Shown here in pieces: positions 21,600 through 32,207 of a stretch of DNA of 64,000 nucleotides (the first letter of the stretch is position 1; each line of letters starts with the position of its first letter). The notes below the pieces were generated by a model that made no database searches, had not been told where the DNA came from, and saw nothing but the letters and a program-made list of their open reading frames with translations. This DNA is from an uncultured Planctomycetota bacterium (lineage in GTDB: Bacteria > Planctomycetota > Planctomycetia > Isosphaerales > Isosphaeraceae), in contig CAWGMQ010000007.1 of assembly GCA_963823665.1 (NCBI GenBank), forward strand, positions 736,001-800,000, given 5' to 3'. Made by a program: the position numbers and the translations under genes.

Positions 21600-22523
21600 A
21601 TGCGGCGAGTTTTGCTGTTCTCACTGGCGGGTCTAATCTCCATAACCGGGATCGGAGTCTCCGCCTCACTCGACGACAAATACATCGCGCAGATCGAAAG
21701 TTGGCGCGCTCAGCGGCTGACCGAGCTGAAAGCTGAAGACGGCTGGCTGTCGGTAACTGGGCTACACTGGCTGCGGCCCGGTGAAACCCGCCTGGGCAGC
21801 GATCCCGCGAGCGACCTCTTGATGCCCGACCGCTTCCCGGCTTTCTTCGGCACGATCAAACGATCGGGCAACAAGGTCGAGTTCCAGCCAGCACCCGGCG
21901 TGAGCGTTACCCGTAACGGCTCACCGTTCGAGGGGGGAGCAATCGCTTCGGATGCGGACGAGCACCCGGACACACTGGCCTCCCTCGGCCTGAAGCTGAT
22001 CCTGCTCAAGCGCGGAGAGCGGTACGCGTTGCGTGTCAAGGATAAAGAGAGCCCGTTGCGCACCGACTTTGCCGGCTTGCGGTGGTATCCGCCGCGAGCC
22101 GATTGGGTCATCCCCGCCACTTTCGTGCCGCACAAGGTTCCGACCAAGATCCGATTCGAGACGATCATCGGTGAGACCGACGAAGTCGAAAGCTGGGGAT
22201 ACGTCACCTTTGAGCGAGATGGAAAGGCTTATCGCCTGGATGCGGCCGGCAAGAAGAATGGAAGGCTCTGGCTCGTGTTCCGGGACCGCACGGGCGGGCG
22301 CACAACTGCCGGCGGTGCTCGCCAGCTCTACGCCGACCCGCCGATCGACGGTCGTGTCGTGCTCGATTTCAACAAGGCCGTCAATCTGCCCTGCGCCTAT
22401 ATCCCGTACGCAACCTGTCCACTCGCACCGCCGCAAAATCGGCTAAGCCTGGCGATCGAGGCCGGCGAGATGAAGTACGAGCCTGGCCGAACCGACGCCT
22501 CGCGGGCCGCATTGCATCCATGA
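21600..22523 (+). CDS. DUF1684 family protein
   Basis: GWLSVTGLHWL...LVFRDRT...LDFNKAVNLPCAYIPYATCPLAPPQNRL...IEAGE; signal peptide; TGCTATAAT at 21550-21558. Confidence 0.9.
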   Translation: MRRVLLFSLAGLISITGIGVSASLDDKYIAQIESWRAQRLTELKAEDGWLSVTGLHWLRPGETRLGSDPASDLLMPDRFPAFFGTIKRSGNKVEFQPAPGVSVTRNGSPFEGGAIASDADEHPDTLASLGLKLILLKRGERYALRVKDKESPLRTDFAGLRWYPPRADWVIPATFVPHKVPTKIRFETIIGETDEVESWGYVTFERDGKAYRLDAAGKKNGRLWLVFRDRTGGRTTAGGARQLYADPPIDGRVVLDFNKAVNLPCAYIPYATCPLAPPQNRLSLAIEAGEMKYEPGRTDASRAALHP

Positions 22524-22573
22524 GCTTTCAGCACGGATTGTACCCCCTTCATTTCGTTCCAGAGGGTGAAAGG

Positions 22574-23860
22574 ATGACAGAGCGGGCCAGTCGCCTGACG
22601 GGGAAATCAGATCCGGGCGCCAACGCCCCGAACACGGGCGTGACCGAGGAAGTCGAGGTTCGCGGCCACATCGTCGATTCGCTGCTGCTCCCCAAGATCC
22701 TCGATCGCATTCTGCTCATGGGAGGATCGTTCGAGATCCGCGAATGCAAGATCGGCGTTCATCGTGCCGACCCGAGCTACGCCCGCATCGCAATCCAGGC
22801 TGAAAGTCAGGAGACGCTCGACGCGATTCTGGGAGACCTGGTCGAACATGGCGCCTCGGCGATCCACCCCGAAAACGCCGCACTGGTCGCCGCCGACATC
22901 GCCGGTGCATTTCCCGAGGGATTCTACAGCACGACCAATCAGCCGACCCAGATCCGCGTGCAGGGGCGCTGGGTCGACGTTCTCGACCAGGAGATGGATT
23001 GCGGGATCGTCGTCGAGCCGGGAAAAACCAAACCGCGCTGCATTCCCATGAACCGCGTTCTCGTGGGTATGCCGATCGTCGTTGGTCATGCGGGTGTGCG
23101 CGTGCTGCCGGTTGAACGCCCCCGTAACGTGAGCTTGTTCGGCTTCATGAGCTCCACGGTCTCGAGCGAGAAGCCCAAATCGATCAGCGTGAAGACCATT
23201 GTCGACGCCATCCGCGCCACGCGCGCCGAAGGGAAGAAGGTGCTCCTGGTTGGCGGCCCGGCGATCGTGCACACCGGCTCGGCGCGAGAGGTCGCCCGGC
23301 TGATCAGGGAAGGGTGGGTCCAGGTGCTCTTCGCAGGCAATGCGCTGGCCACGCATGACCTCGAGCAGGCCCTCTTTGGCACCAGCCTGGGCGTTTCGCT
23401 GGCCTTGGGCGAGCCGATCGAGCACGGCCACGAGCACCATCTCAGAGCGATCAACACCATCAGACGGGCAGGGGGGATCTCCCAGGCGGTCGAGAAAGGA
23501 GTGATCAAGTCAGGAATCATGTACGAATGCGTCAAGGCGGGGGTGGACGTCGTGCTCGCCGGCTCGATCCGCGACGACGGCCCCCTTCCCGAGGTGATCA
23601 CCGACACGCTCGTCGCCCAGGAGCGCATGCGCGAGGCCATCCGCGACGTCGGCTTCGCGCTCATGATCGCCACCGCGCTTCACTCGATTGCAACCGGCAA
23701 CCTCTTGCCGGCCTGGGTGAAGGTCGTTTGCGTCGATATCAACCCGGCGACCGTGATCAAGCTTGGGGACCGCGGCACGTTTCAGACCATCGGTCTGGTG
23801 ACCGATGTCGAGCCGTTCCTCCGCTCCCTGGCCGCAGAGCTGGCCGAGCAGCCCACCTGA
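22574..23860 (+). CDS. TIGR00300-family protein (AgrE/ArgZ C-terminal-type ornithine cyclodeaminase)
   Basis: GHIVDS, FYSTTN, EMDC, FMSSTVSSEKP, GNALATHD, LAGSIRDDGPLP, LHSIATGN. Confidence 0.88.
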   Translation: MTERASRLTGKSDPGANAPNTGVTEEVEVRGHIVDSLLLPKILDRILLMGGSFEIRECKIGVHRADPSYARIAIQAESQETLDAILGDLVEHGASAIHPENAALVAADIAGAFPEGFYSTTNQPTQIRVQGRWVDVLDQEMDCGIVVEPGKTKPRCIPMNRVLVGMPIVVGHAGVRVLPVERPRNVSLFGFMSSTVSSEKPKSISVKTIVDAIRATRAEGKKVLLVGGPAIVHTGSAREVARLIREGWVQVLFAGNALATHDLEQALFGTSLGVSLALGEPIEHGHEHHLRAINTIRRAGGISQAVEKGVIKSGIMYECVKAGVDVVLAGSIRDDGPLPEVITDTLVAQERMREAIRDVGFALMIATALHSIATGNLLPAWVKVVCVDINPATVIKLGDRGTFQTIGLVTDVEPFLRSLAAELAEQPT

Positions 23861-23862
23861 GC

Positions 23863-23905
23863 AGGACAGAGAACGGAGGACGGAGGATGGACGGCGGATG
23901 GTGGA
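23863..23905 (+). repeat. short degenerate heptamer-like tandem repeat
   Basis: ACGGAGG ACGGAGG ATGGACGGCGGATGG in the intergenic gap. Confidence 0.4.
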
Positions 23906-23965
23906 TCAGGCAGGTTCATCGACGACCGCCCGCACGAGCGTACAAAGGAGTCCCGAGCACGCGCC

Positions 23966-24815
23966 ATGCAGCCTGAATCGTCTCCTTGCATCCTGATGTG
24001 CCCTCCTGATTATTTCGGGATCGAGTACGAGATCAACCCCTGGATGAACGTGCACAAGGGGAGTGACGCCGCGCGCCCGGCAGCAGTGGGATTCCCTCCA
24101 CCGCAATCTGCTCGATCTGAACGTCGCCGTTCTTCTGATCGAGCCGGTGAAGGGGTTGCCGGACCTGGTTTTCACGGCCAACTGCGGCCTGGTTTTTGAG
24201 ACTCTCTTCATCAGCTCACGCTTCCGTTACGGCGTGCGCCAGGGCGAAGCGCCTTATTTCGAGCGCTGGGCGGCCGACCGCGGCTTCGAGGTCGTCACCA
24301 TGCCCGATGGCTTCCATTTCGAAGGCGCCGGCGATGCCCTCTTCTGCGGCGAAACCTTGATCGCGGGCTATCGCTTCCGCAGCGACGTCAAGAGCCACCA
24401 TTGGATCGGCGAGCGGATCGGCCGCGAGGTGCTGCCGCTCGAGCTGGTCGACCCGCGATTCTATCATCTCGACACCTGTTTCTGCCCCCTGGCACCCGAC
24501 CTTGCCCTCTATTACCCCGGAGCCTTTGATGAATACGGTATCTCGGTTTTGCGCGACCGGATCTCGCACTTGATCGAGGTCGCGCCCGAGGAGGCAATTT
24601 CCTTTAGCTGCAACGCCGTCGTCGTCGGCCGGACGGTGATCATGAGCGAGGGCGCGCCCAAGCTGGCGGCTGATCTCGAGAAGAGGGGCTACCAGGTTCG
24701 TCCCCTCTGCTTCTCGGAATTCATCAAGTCCGGAGGCAGCGCCAAGTGCCTGACGTTCCGCGTCGACGGCGAAGAGGCCGCGAGCTGGAAACATGAGGGC
24801 GGTGCCGGCCAATGA
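23966..24815 (+). CDS. amidinotransferase/DDAH-superfamily enzyme, arginine dihydrolase-like; frameshift near 24075
   Basis: LMCPPDYFGIEYEINPWM, DLVFTANCG, FEGAGD, FYHLDTCF, SGGSAKCLT. Confidence 0.88.
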
Positions 24816-24853
24816 AGAGCGTCTTGTTCTTGATGCCTACGGAGGCTATTTAA

Positions 24854-25366
24854 GTGAACGAGGTTTATCTGCTCAGGCATGGGATTGCCGTGGATCCGGG
24901 CTCCTCGGGTATGCCTGACGAAGCCAGGCCGCTCACCGAAAAGGGCATCAAGCGGATGCATCAGATCGCACTCGGACTGCTTGCGCTCGATCTCCAGCTC
25001 GATGCGATCGTCACCAGCCCGCTCGTCCGCGCCAGGGAGACAGCCGAGATCGTTGCCGATGCCCTGGGACTCTCCGATCAGCTCGAGACATCGAACGTGC
25101 TGGCGACCGGCTCTGACCCCGCCACGATCGAGCGCTGGCTGCGCAGCCGGGCCGAGTCGCGCTTGATGCTTGTCGGCCATAATCCCACGCTCTCCGAGCT
25201 GGTCTCGCTCATGGTAGCCGGCTCCAGGAGGTCGCCGATCTGCGATCTGAAGAAGGGGGGAATCGCGGCGCTGGCGCGCACCCAGGGATCTTCGGGCCTT
25301 TACCAGCTCTGCTGGCTGGCGCCGCCGCGGCTGTTGCGCCGGAAGGGCGGCGCGGCGGATGATTGA
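24854..25366 (+). CDS. sixA: phosphohistidine phosphatase SixA
   Basis: LLRHG, RPLT, SPLVRARETA, LVGHNP, LKKGG; GGAGG RBS. Confidence 0.9.
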   Translation: MNEVYLLRHGIAVDPGSSGMPDEARPLTEKGIKRMHQIALGLLALDLQLDAIVTSPLVRARETAEIVADALGLSDQLETSNVLATGSDPATIERWLRSRAESRLMLVGHNPTLSELVSLMVAGSRRSPICDLKKGGIAALARTQGSSGLYQLCWLAPPRLLRRKGGAADD

Positions 25367-25382
25367 ACGGGAGCATACCTTC

Positions 25383-27577
25383 TCAGGTGCTTCCGATCGT
25401 ACTGACAGGCGGCCCCGCGGCGTGACTGATCGGGCTCGTCTCGCAGAGCTCAAGCGCCATGTTCTGGAACTCGAGCTGCGAGCGGATGCTCGGACTCCCC
25501 GGAGGCGCTGGAGGCACCCGGCGGTAGGTGCCGTCGGAGTGAAGCTCTCGGGCCTTGACGTTGTCGGCGAGAACGACGCCCAGGATGCCGTCGAAGAGTC
25601 GGCGCTTGAGCTGGGGGTCTTCAATCGGGAACATGATCTCGACGCGGCGCCGAAAGTTTCGCGGCATCCAGTCAGCCGAGGCGAGGAAGATCTCCGGGTT
25701 CTCGCCGTTCTGGAAATAAGTGATCCGCGAATGCTCGAGGTACTTGTCGACGATGCTGATGACGCGGATGTTCTCCGACACGCCCGGCACGCCCGGCCGC
25801 AGGCAGCAGGTTCCGCGGATGACCAGATCGATCCGAACCCCGGCCTGCGAGGCGCGATACAGCATGGAAATGATCTGGGAGTCGACGAGTGAGTTCAGCT
25901 TGGCGATGATCCGCGCCGGCTTGCCCGCCTCGGCATGGGCTCGCTCTCGCTCAATGAGCGCCGCCAGCCTGTTCGCCAGATGGGCCGGTGCGACGATCAA
26001 CTTGTTCCAGTGCGTGCTCTGGGAGTAGCCCGTCAGCAGGTTGAAGAGGGCGCTTGCATCTTCGCCGAACTCGCGGTTGCACGTGAAGAAGCTGAGATCG
26101 GTATACGTGCGGGCTGTCGTGGGGTTGTAGTTGCCGGTCGCCAGGTGCACGTAACGGCGGATGCCGTCATGCTCCCGGCGCACGACCAGTGACGCTTTGC
26201 AATGGGTCTTGAGGCCGACGATTCCGTAAACGACGTGAACGCCCGCCTTCTGGAGCATGCGGGCCTTGTCGATGTTGTTTTCCTCGTCGAGCCGCGCTTG
26301 CAGCTCGACGAGCGCCGTCACCTGCTTGCCATTTTCAGCCGCGCGCGCAGCGCCGTGATGATCGGGTTGGCGTCGGCCGTCCGGTAAAGCGTCATCTTGA
26401 TGGCCAGCGCCTGCGTATCTTCCGAGGCCTGTTCGATAAACTGCACCACCGATCCGAACGCCTCGTAAGGATGATGAACCAGGATGTCGTGGTCGCGAAT
26501 GGCGGAGAAGATGTTCTTCCGTTTCGCGAGCGCGCCGGGCATCTGCGGCTCGAACGGCGGTTCTTTCAGATCGCGAAAGCCCTCCAGCTTGCAGAGGGCT
26601 ACTAAAGCGGTCAGATCCACCGGGCCCGGCACGCGATAGACGTCGCGCGGCTCGAGCTCGAGCGCCGACGTGGAGAGAAGCTGCGACAGCAAGTCGTCAT
26701 CGGCCCGATCCGAGATCTCCAGTCGCACCGCCTCTCCCCACTTGCGCTGGCGCAGGGTCTCTTCGATGGTCGAGAGCAAGCTGCTCTTCACCTCATTTTC
26801 GAGGATCGTCAGGTCGCTGTTCCGGGTGACGCGGAACGCAACGTGCTCGGTGGTCCGATATCCGCCGAAAAGAGCGTCGAGCCGCGGGCCGATCACGTCT
26901 TCCAGCAGCACGAATCTCGTCTGGCCATCGGCTTCATCCGGCAGCGGGACCAGGCGGTTGATCACCGAGGGAACCTGCAGCACGGCGTACAAGGACCGGG
27001 TATTGGGCTTGTTCTGCTCGATCCTCAGTACCAGATTCAGGCTCTTGTTGTGCACGTGAGGAAACGGATGGGCCGGGTCAATCGCCAGCGGCGTGAGCAC
27101 CGGGTAGACCTGGGTGTCGAAATACTCGTCCAGGAAGCGGGTCTGCGAGTCCGTCAGCTCCTGCGCCTCGCACAGCCGGATGCCGTGTTTGAGCAGCTCG
27201 GGGCGGATCTCGAGGCGCCACACTTCGTACAAGCGCGTGACGAAGTCATGCGCTCTCCGGCTGATTTCCAGGAGCTGCGCCAGCGATCCCATGCCGTCCG
27301 ACGGCGGATCCTGCGGCTCGAGGTTCTCGTAAAGCTGCGCCTGCAAGCCGGCCACCCGCACCTCGAAGAACTCGTCGAGATTCGATGCACAGATCGCCAG
27401 GAAGCGCAGTCGTTCCAGCAGCGGGTTCGATGGGTCGCGCGCTTCCTCGAGCACTCGCTCGTTGAAGTCAAGCCACGAGAGCTCGCGATTGATGAATAAG
27501 CTCGGGTCGAGCACCGCTGGCGCCGGTGTGGCAGCGCCGGCAGTGACGGGTGGGCCGTTTTGTTGATTGAGCGCCAT
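25383..27577 (-). CDS. ppk1: polyphosphate kinase 1; frameshift near 26340
   Basis: FINRELSWLDFN, SNLDEFFEVRVAGL, HPFPH, LVHHPY, KMTLYRT, KTHCK, TGNYN, YLEHSRI, SADWMPRN. Confidence 0.95.
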
Positions 27578-27647
27578 GAAAAATTGCCTCGCGGCGGTGT
27601 CGTCCCGTTCTCCGGGCCTCTATCCCGGAACCCGGTGTTCCGCGGAA

Positions 27648-28574
27648 CTAGCCCTGGCGTTCCCGGGAACGACTGCGCCTGACGAGCTCTCGCAGAGTTC
27701 TCAGGTTGCGGAGATCCAGGTCTTCGCCTTCTTCGACTCCCTTGGGCGTTTCCAGAATCATCGGCAGGTGGCGGAATCGTGGGTCATTGACCAGGTGCCG
27801 GAACGGCTCCAGCCCCATCTGGCCGGCGCCGATGCCCGCGTGGCGGTCAACCCGGCTGCCGCACTCGCGGCAGCTATCGTTCAAGTGCCACGCGCGCAGG
27901 CGGCCCAGGCCCACGAACCCTAGAAGCTGCTCGATCGTTTCATCGTACTCCTCCTTGCTCGCCAGGGAATAGCCTGCCGCGAAAATATGGCAGGTGTCCA
28001 CGCAGACGCCCAGGCGCTCAGGTTCGCCCACGCGCTCGAGAATATCGCGCAGGTGCTCGAAACGATAGCCCAGGTTCGTTCCCTGGCCGGCCGTCGTCTC
28101 GAGGTCAATCATCACGCCCAGACCCTTGGTACGACGGTGCACCTTGTCGAGGCCTTTCGCAATCCGAATCACCCCGCGCTTCTCCCCGGCCCCCATGTGC
28201 GCGCCGGGATGCACCACCAGATCGGGAATTCCCAGCGCCTCGCACCGCTCGACCTCCACCGCCAGCGCCTCGATCGATTTCTCCCACAACCCGCCGTCCG
28301 GGCTCGCCAGGTTGATCAAATACGAGGTGTGGGCGACCGGATCGGTCACCCCCGTCTCCTCGAGCGCCGTTCGAAACGCCGCCACGTGTTCATCGCGAAT
28401 CGCGGGCGCGTTCCACTGGTTGTTGTTCTTGGTAAAGAGCTGCACGGTCTCGAACCCCACCGTCTGAGCAGCCCGGACGGCCCGGTCGCAGCCCCCCGCG
28501 ATCGACATGTGTGAGCCGAACGTGCGCTTCGATCGCCCTGACCCGCCGGCCGCCTTGGTCGCCTTTGCCATCAT
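27648..28574 (-). CDS. nfo: endonuclease IV
   Basis: GSHMSIAGG, HTSYLINL, HPG, LETTAGQG, DTCHIFAAG, HLNDS, DRH, ILETP. Confidence 0.96.
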   Translation of the reverse strand: MMAKATKAAGGSGRSKRTFGSHMSIAGGCDRAVRAAQTVGFETVQLFTKNNNQWNAPAIRDEHVAAFRTALEETGVTDPVAHTSYLINLASPDGGLWEKSIEALAVEVERCEALGIPDLVVHPGAHMGAGEKRGVIRIAKGLDKVHRRTKGLGVMIDLETTAGQGTNLGYRFEHLRDILERVGEPERLGVCVDTCHIFAAGYSLASKEEYDETIEQLLGFVGLGRLRAWHLNDSCRECGSRVDRHAGIGAGQMGLEPFRHLVNDPRFRHLPMILETPKGVEEGEDLDLRNLRTLRELVRRSRSRERQG

Positions 28575-28775
28575 TTCATCGGACCTGTGTGTCGAATATT
28601 GCCCGATCGCGAGGATGCGAATTCACTGGTGCCGCGTGGCCTGAGCCTTCTTGAGCACACAACATGTCTCATTGTAATAAAAGTCACCATGGTCCGTTAC
28701 TTGCAGGGTACGATGATTCGACCCTACAATGAGGAAGTCGCAATCCACTCCAGGGAGTCAGGTGGGGAGTCGACC

Positions 28776-29213
28776 ATGGCTTTGTTGATCGCCACGGGAG
28801 TGCTGACCGGATGTTTCCTCGCCGCCTGGGCGGTCCTGAGGCGGCCTGTTCGTCGAATGGTCGAGGACGTGCGAATCGAGCACGCCCGCGCGCTCTTTCA
28901 CCGCAATCGCGAACGGCTGGAAGCGCGCTTCATCTCCGCACTCGAACGAACGGACCCCGCGGCCAGCGAGATGTGGGAATCGGCCAACTGGCACGACGAC
29001 GTTCTCTGGGCGCGCGACCGCCAGACGCATCATCTGCTCGCCCTGACCTGCGTCGACTTCGAGCCCGAGCCTTTCGAGTTCTCACCCGAGCGACGCCACG
29101 CCACCGCCATCTTCGAGTTCCATAGCGGTCATTGGTGCGCCCAGGGCAAGCACCTTGACGAGCTGCGCCCGGACGAAGCCATTGATCTGTTCCGACGATT
29201 CGAAACCGTGTAG
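28776..29213 (+). CDS. membrane-anchored conserved hypothetical protein
   Basis: GGGGAG RBS, N-terminal TM helix, typical codon usage. Confidence 0.7.
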   Translation: MALLIATGVLTGCFLAAWAVLRRPVRRMVEDVRIEHARALFHRNRERLEARFISALERTDPAASEMWESANWHDDVLWARDRQTHHLLALTCVDFEPEPFEFSPERRHATAIFEFHSGHWCAQGKHLDELRPDEAIDLFRRFETV

Positions 29214-29231
29214 GGTCCGTCGTTGCGGACC
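29210..29231 (+). repeat. GTAG-type REP-like palindrome, family C
   Basis: GTAG-GGTCCG-tcgttg-CGGACC; its TAG is the stop of the upstream gene; only one copy in window. Confidence 0.5.
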
Positions 29232-29272
29232 GTTCTCGGTTGCGGACCACTCGTTTTGCACATCGTCCGCGG

Positions 29273-30577
29273 ATGAATTTGACGCTCGAACAAATCGCCG
29301 AACTGGCCCCGGACCCCTCGGCCGCCGCCGCCGGCAAATCCCTGTCGGCCGCCAAGCACTGGCCCGAGCTCGGCCGGTCTGAAACCGCCCTCTGGGGCAA
29401 GTGCCAGGGAAGCACCGTGTACCAGGTGAAGGTCGACTTGGTCCAGATCGCGTACAATTGCACCTGCCCCAGCCGCAAGTTCCCCTGCAAGCACGTCCTC
29501 GGCGTCCTCATGCTCGCCGCGCAATCTCCCGAGCACGTCAAACCCGGCGACCCGCCCGAATGGGTCGCCGAATGGCTCGAGAAACGGCGAGCCCGCGAAG
29601 AGAAGGTCGCGGCGCCCGCCGCCGACAAACCTGTTGCCGACGCGAAGGCAAAGCAGCGCCGCTCCGACGAACGCGCCAGAAAGGTCCAGGACGGTCTGGA
29701 ACGGCTCGATCTCTGGCTCAAAGACGCGGTCCGCGCGGGTGTGCTCGACCTGGCCGCCAAACCGGCATCGGCATGGGAAGAGCAAGCCAAGCGGCTGGTC
29801 GACGCCCAGGCGCCAGGACTTGCGGCCCGGGTTGCTCGCCTCGCTTCTCTGCCCCAATCGTCTCCCGACTCGGTCCCGCGTCTTCTGGGCGAGCTCGGGC
29901 GGATCAAACTCCTGTTGCACGCCTATGGCCACATCGATCAGATCGAGCCGTCTCTGGCAAGCGAGATCCGCCAGATGCTCGGCTGGAACGTCACGCAGGA
30001 AGTGCTCGAGCGCGAAGGCCAGCAAGTCGCCGATAGATGGATTGTGGCCGGCCAGTGGGATGACGACGGCGATCGATTCGTCAGCAGGCGCTCGTGGCTG
30101 ATCGGCCGGCGAACCGGCCGCATGGCGTTGATGTTGCAGTTCAGCGCGGCGCGCCAGCCGTTCGATGAGTCCATCATCACGGGGATCGAGCAGGAAGCGA
30201 CCCTGCTCTTCTATCCCGGCGCCTCGGCTCACCGCGCGAGGTTCCTGACTCGCGAAGGCGCACCCTCCGCCGTCCGCGACCGGCTTCCCGGCCACGAAAC
30301 GCTCGGCGACTTCCTGACCGGAGTCGCCGATTCGCTCGCGCGTCAGCCCTGGCTGAGCGCCTTCGGAGCCGTGTTGCGCGACGTTTCGATCACTCGAGCC
30401 CGCGACTCCTGGTGGATCTGCGACAAGGAATCGAAGGCTTTGCCGCTGCTGGGCCAGAACCACTGGAGAGCGATGGCCTTGACTGGCGGTCATCTGTCCG
30501 ACCTTGCCGTGGAATGGGACGGCCAATCGATTCGTATCCTGGGTGGGCTCGTCGCGGGCCGCTACTGGAGCTTTTGA
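29273..30577 (+). CDS. SWIM zinc finger protein (YehQ-like)
   Basis: CQGS...YQV...CTCPSRKFPCKH SWIM motif; RLVDAQAPGLA. Confidence 0.88.
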   Translation: MNLTLEQIAELAPDPSAAAAGKSLSAAKHWPELGRSETALWGKCQGSTVYQVKVDLVQIAYNCTCPSRKFPCKHVLGVLMLAAQSPEHVKPGDPPEWVAEWLEKRRAREEKVAAPAADKPVADAKAKQRRSDERARKVQDGLERLDLWLKDAVRAGVLDLAAKPASAWEEQAKRLVDAQAPGLAARVARLASLPQSSPDSVPRLLGELGRIKLLLHAYGHIDQIEPSLASEIRQMLGWNVTQEVLEREGQQVADRWIVAGQWDDDGDRFVSRRSWLIGRRTGRMALMLQFSAARQPFDESIITGIEQEATLLFYPGASAHRARFLTREGAPSAVRDRLPGHETLGDFLTGVADSLARQPWLSAFGAVLRDVSITRARDSWWICDKESKALPLLGQNHWRAMALTGGHLSDLAVEWDGQSIRILGGLVAGRYWSF

Positions 30578-32205
30578 TGGACGAGCTCACCAAGGTCGCC
30601 CTGCTCGGAACGTCCCGATACTCCGGCCCCATCCCCACCGGCGATCACCCCGCCGCCTCGCTTGTCGCGGGCGGCGCCTCCGGCGACCGGGAAGAATTGC
30701 TCTTGCTAGCCTGCGGCGCACAGGCCGTCTATGCTCTCGCCGGGCGTCTCCCCGAAATGGGCATTGAGCCCGGTGTTCCAGCCCTCGAAGAGACGAAAAA
30801 GCCGGCATCGCGCAAACTGGCCGCCCTCCTGGAGAGTGCTGTTGCGGAGCAAGGCGATACGCTCCTGCTCGAATTCCTGAAGCTCATGGATGGGCGTGGT
30901 GTCGTGCTTCCCCCCGACCTGCTTCCCCGGCTGCTCGAAACCAAAGACGCGGAGCTTCGCCGGCGATTGACCCCGATTCTCGGCGAGCGCGGAGCATGGC
31001 TCTGCCGGCAGAATTCCGACTGGGCGCATTTCGTCAAAGCGGCGGCCGATCGCCCCGATGCCGATATGAACGAGCTCAAACGCATCTGGGACGAAGGGAC
31101 GATCGAAGAACGCTGTCAAGCAATCGAGACACTTCGTCAACTCGACCCTTCGCTTGCTCGCGAGTGGGTTGAAGAAGCCTTGCCGAAGGAAAAACACGGC
31201 AATCGCATGAAGCTGCTGAAAACGTTTCGAACCGGCCTCGACCCAGCCGACGAGCCGTTCTTCGAGCGATGTCTCGACGATCGCAGCCCGGCCGTCGGGC
31301 AAACCGCCGCGAGCTTCCTGTGCCATCTGCCCGACTCTGCGCTCGCCCAGCGGATGCGCAACCGCGCCGCCGGGCTGTTCACGATCGAGAAAAAAGGTCT
31401 GGCGCCCAAGGAATCCAAGCTCGTTTGCACGCCTCCCTCGGAGCTCGAGCCCGACTGGGAGCGCGACGGCTTCAAGAAGAAGGCGGCCGAAGGCGAGGGT
31501 CTGCGCGCCTCGTGGGCCGAGCATCTGGTCGCCTCTGTTCCGCCTTCGTTCTGGGCGAACCAGCTCGGGCTCGAGCCGGCCGAGCTCATGGCCGCCGTGG
31601 CCGACGATCCCTTTGCTGAGTCAGTGATTTCCGGGTGGAGAATCGCCACATTTCGTTTCGACCAACCGTCGCCCGCGTGGCTCGGGGCCCTTTGGCAGTA
31701 TTATTCCGAATCGCTTGCGAAAGTTGAGAACCACACGACCCTTGGCGTGACAGTTCGGCACCGCGACTCCGCCGTTGTCCTGATGGAAGGTCTTCTACAC
31801 GCAATGCCGCCCGACGTCGCCGAAGCAGCACTGGCAAAAGCATTCGAGCCAGCGCCGCCCTGGCGAGACGGTGAAGCCCTCAGGCTGCTCGCGAGATGGC
31901 CGCGGCCCTGGAGCGTCCGGTTCGGCACATGGTTTCTGGCGAAAGCGCGATCCCGGCTGGAAAGTCACAGCGACGAGGCGGCCCACCGCTGGGCACTCGC
32001 ACTCACTGCGAATGCCTGCGAAATTCCGCGAGAGCTCCTTCCCCTGGCACTGGCTCCCTGGAAGACTCCGGATATCGCGGAGTCCGCATCCTGGCTCTCC
32101 ACGGTGATTCCCAGGGAGATCGCGAAGTTCACGAACGTCATCGAAATACGACAGCGCTTCCTGCAAGAGCTTGACGCACAAGATCAACTTCCTCCGGAGC
32201 TGTAA
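30577..32205 (+). CDS. DUF5691-like helical protein
   Basis: ALLGT start, ILGERGAWL, DEPFFERCLDDRS; TGATG coupling; operon context. Confidence 0.8.
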   Translation: MDELTKVALLGTSRYSGPIPTGDHPAASLVAGGASGDREELLLLACGAQAVYALAGRLPEMGIEPGVPALEETKKPASRKLAALLESAVAEQGDTLLLEFLKLMDGRGVVLPPDLLPRLLETKDAELRRRLTPILGERGAWLCRQNSDWAHFVKAAADRPDADMNELKRIWDEGTIEERCQAIETLRQLDPSLAREWVEEALPKEKHGNRMKLLKTFRTGLDPADEPFFERCLDDRSPAVGQTAASFLCHLPDSALAQRMRNRAAGLFTIEKKGLAPKESKLVCTPPSELEPDWERDGFKKKAAEGEGLRASWAEHLVASVPPSFWANQLGLEPAELMAAVADDPFAESVISGWRIATFRFDQPSPAWLGALWQYYSESLAKVENHTTLGVTVRHRDSAVVLMEGLLHAMPPDVAEAALAKAFEPAPPWRDGEALRLLARWPRPWSVRFGTWFLAKARSRLESHSDEAAHRWALALTANACEIPRELLPLALAPWKTPDIAESASWLSTVIPREIAKFTNVIEIRQRFLQELDAQDQLPPEL

Positions 32206-32207
32206 CC

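Noticed and set aside
25383..27577. ppk1 as a pseudogene or programmed frameshift
   Set aside because: Single indel in a GCGCGC run with both halves fully conserved; fits the window-wide error pattern
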